64,000 nt of DNA, from contig OX337228.1 in NCBI GenBank assembly GCA_946965045.2, forward strand, positions 5,580,001 through 5,644,000, read 5' to 3'. The DNA is from Epithemia pelagica. Lineage: Eukaryota > Protista > Bacillariophyta. Of this stretch, positions 1-9,600 are shown piece by piece. The notes beneath the pieces are model-generated. The model was not told where the DNA came from. It saw only the letters and a program-made list of their open reading frames with translations, and did no database searches. The position numbers and the translations under genes were made by a program. The stretch's first letter is position 1. Each line of letters begins with the position of its first letter.

Positions 1-193
1 CCCGTCTCGACGACTACGTTGGTTTCATCCACGTTATCAAGTTGCACCAGGACTTCCGTGCCACTATCTTCCCTCTACTCACCCAACCAGTGAACCACCT
101 AGTTGAGGACCACAACGGCAACGAAGAAGCTACCTCTGTTACTGAGTCTCCGATTCAACTTGATTACCACAACGAGCCCAGAAGTGACCACGT

Positions 194-209
194 TTAACGC
201 CATTCGTAA
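194..209 (+). repeat. Left TTAA target-site duplication plus 12-bp TIR
   Basis: TTAACGCCATTCGTAA is the exact reverse complement of 4918-4933. Confidence 0.93.
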
Positions 210-266
210 GCGAGTAGCGTATAGCTGTCTCCCATATAAGCGAGACAGCTATACGCTACTCGCTTA
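207..266. repeat. Left subterminal hairpin (25-bp perfect arms, 10-nt loop)
   Basis: TAAGCGAGTAGCGTATAGCTGTCTC (207-231) / GAGACAGCTATACGCTACTCGCTTA (242-266). Confidence 0.95.
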
Positions 267-562
267 ACTTCGACTTTCATTAACTTCATCAAAAACCAAA
301 GTCTGTCAAATCTGACTTCTTCGTTGGAAAGATCTTGAAATTCTGAATAACTTCATATATGATAGTATACAGTAAATACACAGTCATTAGCGTGATATTT
401 CGCTTTGAAAAATTGACGATTTTCCTCAATTTTGTTCATTTCGATCATCCTTCGCCCATGGCCCAACTTTGTACTCTTATACATATCTACCATTTGGGCC
501 GATCGTTGCAGGATTCTCCATTCCGACGGTCCTTATAGTGAAGAAGACGTCCACGAAAGGCA

Positions 563-3500
563 ATGTCGTCTGCAGTTGTACCTACGGAGAACGACGATCA
601 CGAGTCCTCACAGCCGAATTCGTCACAGTCACTCCTCGATGAAGATACTGATCAACCCGTCGCACCTCAAGCCCATACCTATCCAGATTCTGACCAACCT
701 ATTGGTAGAGATCATCACCAACCTCATGTTGACAATGATCAAGATGATGCTGTCGCTATTTCTGCATCACCACAACCAATAGCGAATGCGGATGGCGAGC
801 CACCCGTCGATGCTGAGCGACCTGTTCCACCTCCACCTCCACACCCTGTCGGAAATATTGCACAAGGACAAGAAACAAATACCGAGACACAAGAACTATT
901 ACCCGAAGGGGAAAGTCTTCCGGCCCATTTGCCCGGACGAGGTCAATCCACTAAGCCACGTTCCCGATTTAGCTACTCGAAACGGTATCTCGTCTCACCT
1001 GACGATTTTTGGATTCATCCAAACTTCCACGAGGAATTTTGTCGTCGCTTTCGTCGCAACCCTACAAACCGTCCTATCAATCTCGTTGGGAAAATTGCAG
1101 AGTGTCCTACGAAGAAGAATGGAAATGTATATTCCATTGTATGGGACAATTCAACACTCTCATCTCTCGAGGTTCCACAGAATTGGATCAAATCTCAATT
1201 CACCTCCAACTCTACAGTAAAAGACAAACTTCGTCAATGTATTCAAGAGTACAACCCAAGTCAACATGGCCGGGGAAACCAACCATCTCAAACACAACAA
1301 TCGCAACAAACAAGCCAGTTGCAAACGCACCAACCAAACCAAACTTCTGTGGTGGAGAATCAACAAAACAATTACATGAACAACAACAATGCACAACCTC
1401 CTGTTGTTCAGCGTCGCGGATCAACACAACAGCCTCCACCTCCTTCCACAGCAGAGCGCGCACGACACCGAGCCGCAATCAGGAATGTTCCGGAATCTTC
1501 TCTTAGACGCTCTCCTCGCCGTCATTCTCGTCGCAGCTCAACATCCAACCCGCCATCCACTCAAGAAAGAGCCCAAGGACGGGCAGCTCTAATGACTGCT
1601 CCTAACGGCGGCCCTTCTCCGTCAGAAAATGGGAACGATGAAAACAACGATACCCCAACCACCCAAGTTCCAACCCGTCTTTTCGGCAGTACAAGTACTT
1701 CTGTATCTACAAGAGCTTCGGCAGCTGCACGGCGACAGCGTCGACAGGAAGAAAACACAGAAGACGATGCATCAGAGAATGGGGAAGATTCTTCGTCTGA
1801 CGAGGACGACAATGGTGGGTATGAACTGGATTTCAATGCCACAGTTCATAGGAATGTCGATCCCTTAGATGACTATGACGACAATGATGACAATAATGAA
1901 GACGAAGAAAATGTTGTCCAAAGCGACGACTCGGAATCAACAGACGACGACGACGATCCCAACAATTCAACAAATCTGAAAGTGCTCATAGACAATCTAC
2001 AATGGCACTACCGGACCGTTGATCAGTCAGACAGTGTTTTCGACTGGGTGGGACAAGAACGACACCATCGATCAATGTTTCGAGGAAGTGACGGGTTGAA
2101 GGCCGGCGTTGCAAATTCATTCAATACTCCCTTTGATTGTTTGCGCAATGTTGGTGGACTTTCGAAGTCTCTGATTTCGGACATGGCAGCAGCAACCAAT
2201 CGTTACTTCCATCAAAAAATCCGTCCTAAGCTCATGGGTCGGCGTGGTTATTTTCACTCACAGAAGTGGAAGGATGTTACTATCCAAGAAATGACAAGGT
2301 TTCTTGGTATCATCTTGATGATGTCGTTGAGACCACTCGACAGTGGTGGTTATGCATCCTATTTCAACACCTCCAATCGAATGTACAGTCTTGGCACTGC
2401 TATACCATCGGTAGAAATTCTTGACAGTACCGGCTGGGCGTCGAAGTACACGCGTTTGGCTCGGTTTCGACAAATAAGGGGAGCCTTCCATCCCGAATCA
2501 AAAGGCGCCGCACGTGGGGGGGACAAATGCTACCAGTTGCGTAAACTTATACAGGCAGTCAATGCAGCTTCGAAGAGGTCTTTTATCATTCCTCAAGATC
2601 TTTCGTTTGATGAAGGTGGAATTGGTTGTCGGTCTAGATACTGTCCAGTGCGTCAGTACAACAAGGACAAACCTGCCAAATTCCGAGTTGATTTCTTTAT
2701 TTTGGCGTCGTCTACAAGTTACGCCATTTTACACATGGATGTGTATCAAGGAAAAAATGCCACGAACTCCTACATCAGGCATGAAGCACGGCGCCTTCCT
2801 ACTACAATGAAGGCTGTTGTTAACGCTTGCTACGCGTTGGAGCTAAACAAGGAGACCAATGGCTTCAGGCATTTGTCTATGGATAATAGATATGCGGCAC
2901 CACAACTTCTTGTGATTCTACGAGATCGCCTCAAAGTTCTTGGCACCGGAACAGTACGAGTCAACAGGGTCGGTTGGAGCAAATCACTGATGAATCTGAA
3001 AAAAACAAAAACCAACCGAGGCACAATGAAGCTTGCACATGACAAAGTAAATGGTGTTATCATTGGACAATGGGTTGACTCCAAAGTTGTTAACTTTGTG
3101 TCGACATACGAGAACATTGGTACCGGTCAAGTGCGACGTCAAGTGGGCCCAAACAAGGAAAGCTTCAACTGCCCACAAATGCTGATTCGATACCAGACTA
3201 ACATGGGTGGAATCGACAATGGTGACCAAATGAGGTGCCATATGGGCGGTTTTGCCACCCATGTCCACTTCAAGAAATGGTATAAGAAAGCCGGTCTGGG
3301 GATCATGGATATCATGCTACTGAATTCGTTCATTGCATGGAACATGTCCGCTGGTGACAGGGTACGGTCCAGACGCACGAAGCTATCAAGGCACGAGTTC
3401 TACACAGTCGTCGCTCAGGAGATGTGCAGTTATGTGCATGCAGACGAAGTTGATGCATTGGCTCGACGGACTGGAGTACAGAGAAACACCGCATGCGAGG

Positions 3501-4015
3501 ATGGTCACTACCCGGTTCCCATTGATACTTCGAAACGGATGGGGTGTGCGGTTTGTTTGTTGGAGCATCGGTGGAAACGTAAGGAGATTGGAATGAAAGG
3601 TCTGTTTTCCAATGTAGGCCAATGTGCCAAGTGCGGAATTGTGGCACACCTGGTGTCATGTAAGGACGACCGGGAGGATGGATGGAAAATTCATAAGCTA
3701 CCACAATTCGCGAACCAGACTTGCTTTGAAATCCTCCATTCGACACATGGCAAGGAAATGTTTATGTGTCGTTCAACAAGTGGCGAGGATGGCAGATACA
3801 AGTACACAACAAAAAAAAACCACCCTTTTATAATGGCCTTGCGAGAAAAGCATGGTTTGTCCCCAGAATACACAAGGAAAAGACGACGCAGTACTGGCAG
3901 TGAAAACATGCAAGAGGACAATGAGGAAGCCAATGACAACAACGGAAACGAGAACGACAACAACGACGACACTGAAAGCAATGATGACGAAACCACTGAT
4001 ATCCATGAACTGTAA
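563..4015 (+). CDS. piggyBac-type DDD transposase, 1150 aa, long N-terminal extension
   Basis: LSFDEGG, QYNKDKPAKF, HLSMDNRY, YQTNMGGIDNGDQ and KKWYKK match piggyBac (DDE_Tnp_1_7) motifs. Cys/His-rich C-terminus (CAVC, CAKC). Confidence 0.93.
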   Translation: MSSAVVPTENDDHESSQPNSSQSLLDEDTDQPVAPQAHTYPDSDQPIGRDHHQPHVDNDQDDAVAISASPQPIANADGEPPVDAERPVPPPPPHPVGNIAQGQETNTETQELLPEGESLPAHLPGRGQSTKPRSRFSYSKRYLVSPDDFWIHPNFHEEFCRRFRRNPTNRPINLVGKIAECPTKKNGNVYSIVWDNSTLSSLEVPQNWIKSQFTSNSTVKDKLRQCIQEYNPSQHGRGNQPSQTQQSQQTSQLQTHQPNQTSVVENQQNNYMNNNNAQPPVVQRRGSTQQPPPPSTAERARHRAAIRNVPESSLRRSPRRHSRRSSTSNPPSTQERAQGRAALMTAPNGGPSPSENGNDENNDTPTTQVPTRLFGSTSTSVSTRASAAARRQRRQEENTEDDASENGEDSSSDEDDNGGYELDFNATVHRNVDPLDDYDDNDDNNEDEENVVQSDDSESTDDDDDPNNSTNLKVLIDNLQWHYRTVDQSDSVFDWVGQERHHRSMFRGSDGLKAGVANSFNTPFDCLRNVGGLSKSLISDMAAATNRYFHQKIRPKLMGRRGYFHSQKWKDVTIQEMTRFLGIILMMSLRPLDSGGYASYFNTSNRMYSLGTAIPSVEILDSTGWASKYTRLARFRQIRGAFHPESKGAARGGDKCYQLRKLIQAVNAASKRSFIIPQDLSFDEGGIGCRSRYCPVRQYNKDKPAKFRVDFFILASSTSYAILHMDVYQGKNATNSYIRHEARRLPTTMKAVVNACYALELNKETNGFRHLSMDNRYAAPQLLVILRDRLKVLGTGTVRVNRVGWSKSLMNLKKTKTNRGTMKLAHDKVNGVIIGQWVDSKVVNFVSTYENIGTGQVRRQVGPNKESFNCPQMLIRYQTNMGGIDNGDQMRCHMGGFATHVHFKKWYKKAGLGIMDIMLLNSFIAWNMSAGDRVRSRRTKLSRHEFYTVVAQEMCSYVHADEVDALARRTGVQRNTACEDGHYPVPIDTSKRMGCAVCLLEHRWKRKEIGMKGLFSNVGQCAKCGIVAHLVSCKDDREDGWKIHKLPQFANQTCFEILHSTHGKEMFMCRSTSGEDGRYKYTTKKNHPFIMALREKHGLSPEYTRKRRRSTGSENMQEDNEEANDNNGNENDNNDDTESNDDETTDIHEL

Positions 4016-4081
4016 AGACAATACTAATCTAAGTAAAGAAGAGAGCATTTCGTAGTTCTCAGTACATGTTTAGTAGGCTAT

Positions 4082-4712
4082 TTAGGCATCGCCATCAGTG
4101 GGAGCAGGTCGGAAGCCCACATACTGTTCTGCCGTGTTTACATTTGGAAAGTTTTCACGGACGAAATCTACCAAACAATCCGGCAGTGGAACTCGGTTGC
4201 CACGTCCAAGGGGACCGTGAAGCTTATTCGACAAGCGCCGATATAGCTGGTATCGAATTGCACGGTTCGACTCACCTTTGTTTCTGAGATGCATGGCGAT
4301 TTCATGAATGTAGCTAAGGTGTTCGACAACAACGCAAGGGTTTTGCTGGCAGATAGAGCACACGTTTTCCCAGTACATGTATCCATGCGATTTCGTGCGC
4401 GGCATGTTGTTGTTTAGTTCGTAGAGAATCTTCTCGATGCTTTCGGGGCAAGCATATTCAATGGGAATGTACCTTGTTTCGGTAGCTTCGGAAGTCTCGT
4501 CGATGACTATTCCCTGTTCCCCAGTTACCAACACTTGCGATTTCTTAAGGGTAAAGGGAACCATCACGCCACTGCGTGGTACACTGTTGTCGTCGAGGGT
4601 CGACTCTGCGATTTCGACGGAATCAATGAGATCTGCGAAACAAGGTGAGGTGAGAATGAAGAAAAAGGACTTCATGGACTGAATTCTTGAAAGAAAAGAA
4701 CTCACCGTCCAT
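4082..4712 (-). CDS. Transposon accessory protein, KolX / P2X7 C-terminal-domain-like, about 185 aa, spliced
   Basis: ATG GAC G at 4712-4706, then a GTGAG...pyrimidine-rich...CAG intron (4705-4633) that rejoins the ORF frame. C-terminus NRAIRYQLYRR..HGPLGRGNRVPLPDCLVDFVRENFP..QYVGF, preceded by CxxC..C. Confidence 0.72.
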
Positions 4713-4841
4713 GATCTTCTGATAGGAGGTTGTAGATTGATCGTAGCCTTCAATGAATGAGGGATGAATGAGGGGAAAAAAAGATACTGTGGTCATTGCT
4801 TAACACGGTTCTGTTAGTGTTTTAAGGAGCGAGACAACTAA

Positions 4842-4897
4842 GCGAGTAGCACGTTGTCTCCCATAAACTTTATGGGAGACAACTATATGCTACTCGC
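4842..4897. repeat. Right subterminal hairpin
   Basis: GTTGTCTCCCATAAA (4853-4867) / TTTATGGGAGACAAC (4869-4883), with outer arms GCGAGTAGCA / TGCTACTCGC. Shares motifs with the left hairpin. Confidence 0.9.
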
Positions 4898-4917
4898 ATA
4901 AGCTTAACACCCGTTCT

Positions 4918-4933
4918 TTACGAATGGCGTTAA
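4918..4933 (-). repeat. Right 12-bp TIR plus TTAA target-site duplication
   Basis: TTACGAATGGCGTTAA. Confidence 0.93.
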
Positions 4934-5146
4934 GTAATTTTAAGTAGTTTTCACACCAAACCAGAGACAAAACCGAGTTCCTCACATCCGGGTTACCTTT
5001 CGGACATCACATCACACGTGGACATACGTGGCACATCCGGGTTCACAAGGCACACCACACATCCGGGTTACAAGTTACAACTAAAGTTTTCGACTAAGAC
5101 ATCACAGGACACATATCAACATATCTTATCACCAAGTCAAGCAATC

Positions 5147-6646
5147 ATGGAACCAACTACACCGACCACACCAGAGTTCAACACCAATCAAAGTATATCT
5201 GATCAAGAAGTCTTTGATCATATTACTCAGGTGTTGTTCAACTTTTCCAAGGAAAGGGTCGATGTACTCGTGAAATGGATGCACCATCATGCTTTTGATG
5301 ATATCCTTAGTATCATTGAACATATGGCAATTGACCCTGAGAAGAACATGGATAGTATGACAAAATACAAGTCAGGAAAACAAATGCACGACCTACATGT
5401 CAATGCAAGCCAGCAGATCAAGTTGCTTGCCCATTGGTTCCGACAAACGAGTATCGACATTCAGGGTATACCTTCCAAGGCAACCTGGATGAATCTGACC
5501 AAGGCAGAATTTGATCTATGGAGGATAAACACTGACTTTCGCTCCGGAAGCCCTATCAATGACCCAGTATCACCTATGAAATCTCCATCCCATTCGACGT
5601 CACCCAAATCGTTTAGTACTACTTCTGCTGCATCACAGTCCCAACTGGACCTAACCGCATTCAAGAAGGGAACCAAGCGTGACGCTATGGCATATGAAAC
5701 ATTCAAGGATGAACGATACTACAACACGTTCTGGAGGACTTTCAAGACCACAGCAAAAGCCCAAGGTTTATCTAATGTTCTTGACTTCCGATACAAGCCG
5801 CCAACGAATGATATGTATGCAACAGAACTTTTCCAAGAGCAACAAATCTTCCTATACTCCGTCCTTGTGCGCATCATCCAGACTGATCAAGGAAGAGCTT
5901 ATGTTCGCGAACATGAACATGATGAAGACGCACGAGCAGTGTTACAGAAGCTTCACACATTGCATACGAAGTCAGACTTAGCGAAACGAGAGGTCTTACG
6001 ATTAAGCAATTACATCTCCAACCTTCGCCTCGATGATACATGGCGTGGATCATCACGTCAATTTTTGCTTCATTTCCAAGACAAACTACGTTTACTCGAT
6101 AACCTTGTTGATCTCTCTGATCGCATACCTGATCACACCAGGATGACGTTTCTTATGCAAGCTGTCGAGAAGGTACCTGACCTTCGCAGAGTTAAAATCT
6201 TGGACAACGTCGTCAACACAAAGTCTGGAGCAAAGTCTTTATGTTATCAGTCGTACTTCTCCATTTTGATGGACGCAGCATATGACCATGATCAAGTCAC
6301 GCAATCTTCTGCAACTGGTCGTCGTCGTAGTGTCAAGCAACACGAGCAACACGAAACACAACATGATATTGAGGGATCCCTTCAGGAAGACGATGCATAT
6401 CAGATAAACAATACCAATGTCCAAGATGATAACACGGCATCTCCAAAAGCCAGTCTTCCTCGTGACCTATGGTTTAAACTTCCTGAGGATGCTCGCAAGA
6501 TGATTGTTGAGTATAACAAGAACGTGCAAGCTTCTACTCCGAGTCCAAGAAAAGTACAGCAACACTCCCTTGACATTGATCCTGAACCTGATCCTGACCC
6601 TGGTCAAGATGTTTTCGATGACCTGGACAACCCCACATATCCGTAG
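5147..6646 (+). CDS. Copia Gag-like protein
   Basis: First ATG of the ORF is at 5147. FKKGTKRDAMAY..FKDERYYNTFWR and WRGSSRQFLLHF resemble diatom Copia gag. Ends at an in-frame TAG. Confidence 0.8.
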   Translation: MEPTTPTTPEFNTNQSISDQEVFDHITQVLFNFSKERVDVLVKWMHHHAFDDILSIIEHMAIDPEKNMDSMTKYKSGKQMHDLHVNASQQIKLLAHWFRQTSIDIQGIPSKATWMNLTKAEFDLWRINTDFRSGSPINDPVSPMKSPSHSTSPKSFSTTSAASQSQLDLTAFKKGTKRDAMAYETFKDERYYNTFWRTFKTTAKAQGLSNVLDFRYKPPTNDMYATELFQEQQIFLYSVLVRIIQTDQGRAYVREHEHDEDARAVLQKLHTLHTKSDLAKREVLRLSNYISNLRLDDTWRGSSRQFLLHFQDKLRLLDNLVDLSDRIPDHTRMTFLMQAVEKVPDLRRVKILDNVVNTKSGAKSLCYQSYFSILMDAAYDHDQVTQSSATGRRRSVKQHEQHETQHDIEGSLQEDDAYQINNTNVQDDNTASPKASLPRDLWFKLPEDARKMIVEYNKNVQASTPSPRKVQQHSLDIDPEPDPDPGQDVFDDLDNPTYP

Positions 6647-6685
6647 GATGATTCCGATCCAGCCACCCATCTCATCCATCAAGCA

Positions 6686-9600
6686 ATGACGTCAACCGAC
6701 CTCAATCACCCAGCTTCTGATTTGTCTAATGTTCTATCCAATGCCGCATCTAAGACGAGTAAGAAAGTTAGTTTCAAACAGAATGAGCACAAGCAGAAGG
6801 TCCACATGACTCAATATATGTTCTCTCGAAAGTCGACTTATACTGGGAATCAACTCATTGATCGTGGTGCCAATGGTGGTTTAGCCGGAGCTGATATGCG
6901 TATCCTTTCCAAGACAGGTCGTAACATCACGATTGTGGGAATCGACAACCATGAACTTACTGGTCTCCCCATTGTCACTTGTGCTGCCAAGTTTGAAACT
7001 AATGATGGACCAATCGTTGGTATCTTCAACGAATATGCATACTATGGAAAAGGACAGTCTATACATGCGCCTTGTCAATTGGAACATTATGGGCTATCTG
7101 TGGATGAACGTTCTGTCAAGGTGGATGGAAAGCAACGTATCACTACCCTTGATGGACGTGCTTTACCTCTGTGTATCAAGGATGGACTTGCCTTTATCCA
7201 CTCATTAGGTATCCCTTCTGATGATGACATGGACCGATTGCCGCAAATCATCTTTACTTCGCCATCTACTTGGGACCCCTCTGTTCTTGACCATACTCAT
7301 TCAGATCCACAGCATGATGCTTCTACTACATGGCATCAGGTTGCGACCGACGGCAGTATGGCGCGTTATCCATATGACACGTATGGGGAGTACACTGATC
7401 GTGTTGTCTGCAATCTCAATCTTCTCCTTGACCTTCCTTATGACCACGGACCCGACAACACCACATATTTCTCTATCTATGCTGATGCTAATGGTGAAGA
7501 CCCAACCCTTCAACATGCATCTGTCCATCGTCGTTATGTGGAAGAACATGATTGGAAACAATTTCGTCCCTTCTTTGGTTGGCAATCCGAGGAAGTTATT
7601 GCCGATACTTTCAAGCATACTACACGACATGCTAATGTGATTTTTGACTGTGACACTCTCAAGAAACATTTCAAGGCACGCAACCCTATCCTGAATCTAC
7701 CACGTCGTCATGAACCCGTTGCTACCGATTCGATCTTTTCTGATACACCTGCTGTTGATCATGGTGGAAAGGTGGCTCAAATTTTTGTTGGCCGCGATAC
7801 TCTTGTCACTGATATTTACGGTATCAAGTCTACCAAGCAATTTGTGAACACTCTTCAAGACAATATACGCATGCGAGGTGTTATGGAGACACTCATTAGT
7901 GATGGGGGTTCATCTCTCATTTCCCATAAGGTTAAGGATATCCTTCGCACCTTGCTCATCGGGGAGTATCGCTCTGAACCATACCACCAGCATCAGAACA
8001 AAGCCGAGAATCGTTATCAGACCGTTAAACGAATGACGAACGCTATCATGAATGCAACTGGATGCCCAGCCAATGTTTGGTTACTTTGCCTTGAATATGT
8101 CTGTGACTTATTGAATCATTCTTCTTCACATGCACACTCTGGACGTACTCCTATTGAGGCTCTCACCGGTCACCCTCCCGACATTTCGCACCTCCTGTTC
8201 TTTCCCTTCTGGGATGAAGTCTACTATCGTGTTGACCCCTCCGAACCGTCGTCTGGTCCCTACCCTTCTTCGACCGATGAGAAACTTGGCCATTGGGTTG
8301 GTTTTGCTCACAACGTTGGTGATGCTTTTACATGGAAGATTTTGTCTGCTGACAACCATATCCTCTACCGTTCCGCTGTTCGCCGTGTCGCTTCCACTAC
8401 ACCCAACCTTCGTGTGGATCGACCTTCAGGGGAGACGTCTCCAAAAGATGACACTGATAAGCAGGCTGACACTGTCTTCATTCGCAGTAAAAGTGAAGAT
8501 CCATCCAAACCAATGCCTACAATCGATTACGAAGACATGATAGGACGCACTTTCCTATGCGACACTGAAGAAAATGGGGAGCGTCATCGAGCACGCGTTG
8601 TCAAACGAGTTGTAGATCTTAATGAAGAATCACTCAAGCAAGAAGAACGCATCAAGTACATCTACCGCAAGACAAATTCTGACGTTGATGAAATGATCTC
8701 TTATAACCAGTTGATGGAGTATATTGAGAGGGACAATCAAGCGCAGACCTCGGGAGATAATTTGTTCCGTTTCAGGGATGTTATTGCACATCAAGGCCCA
8801 CTGTCTTCAACCGACCCGGATTATAAGGGGAGTAAGTATAACTTGCTTGTGGATTGGGAAACTGGGGAGACAACCTATGAACCACTCTCCCTTATTGCCA
8901 ACGACGACCCAATCACCGTTGCCATATATGGAAAGAAGCATGGGCTCCTCAACGAACCAGGATGGAAACACCTGAAACGCTACGTCAAGACGAGTAAACG
9001 CCTGATACGTGCTGCAAAACAATCAAGGATCAAACAAGTACGTCGATCAGTCAAGTATAAGTTTGGATTCCAAGTCCCTCGAGATTACGCCGAGGCTGTC
9101 AATCTTGACAAACAAAATGGTACCACAAGGTGGCAAGACGCAACTGAATTGGAACTGTCTCAGATACAATCATATGAGACATTCAAGGACCATGGGAAGG
9201 CCATCTTCACAAATGGCAAGGTATCAAATGCACCTGAGGGATATCAAAAGATTCAAGTGCATCTCGTTTTTGATGTGAAACATGATGGTAGGCACAAGGC
9301 ACGACTTGTTGCAGATGGACACTTGACGAAGGAACCTGTGGAAACGATCTACTCTGGAGTTGTTTCTATTCGCAACCTACGAATTGCTTTATTCCTTGGA
9401 TCTCTGAACGATCTAGAAGTATGGGGAGCAGACATTGGGAATGCGTATCTTGAAGCATTGACTGGGAAGAAGTTATATATTGTGGCAGGACCCGAGTTCA
9501 AGGAGCTAGAAGGTCACATCCTCATCATCTACAAGGCCCTCTATGGTCTCAAATCTTCAGGCACACGATGGCATGATGTCCTTTTTGACGTCCTCACCGA

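Larger units (their letters stand above)
198..4929 (+). mobile_element. piggyBac-superfamily DNA transposon, apparently full length, two genes
   Basis: TTAA at 194-197 and 4930-4933. Perfect 12-bp TIR: CGCCATTCGTAA (198-209) / TTACGAATGGCG (4918-4929). Intact piggyBac-type transposase ORF inside. Confidence 0.93.
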
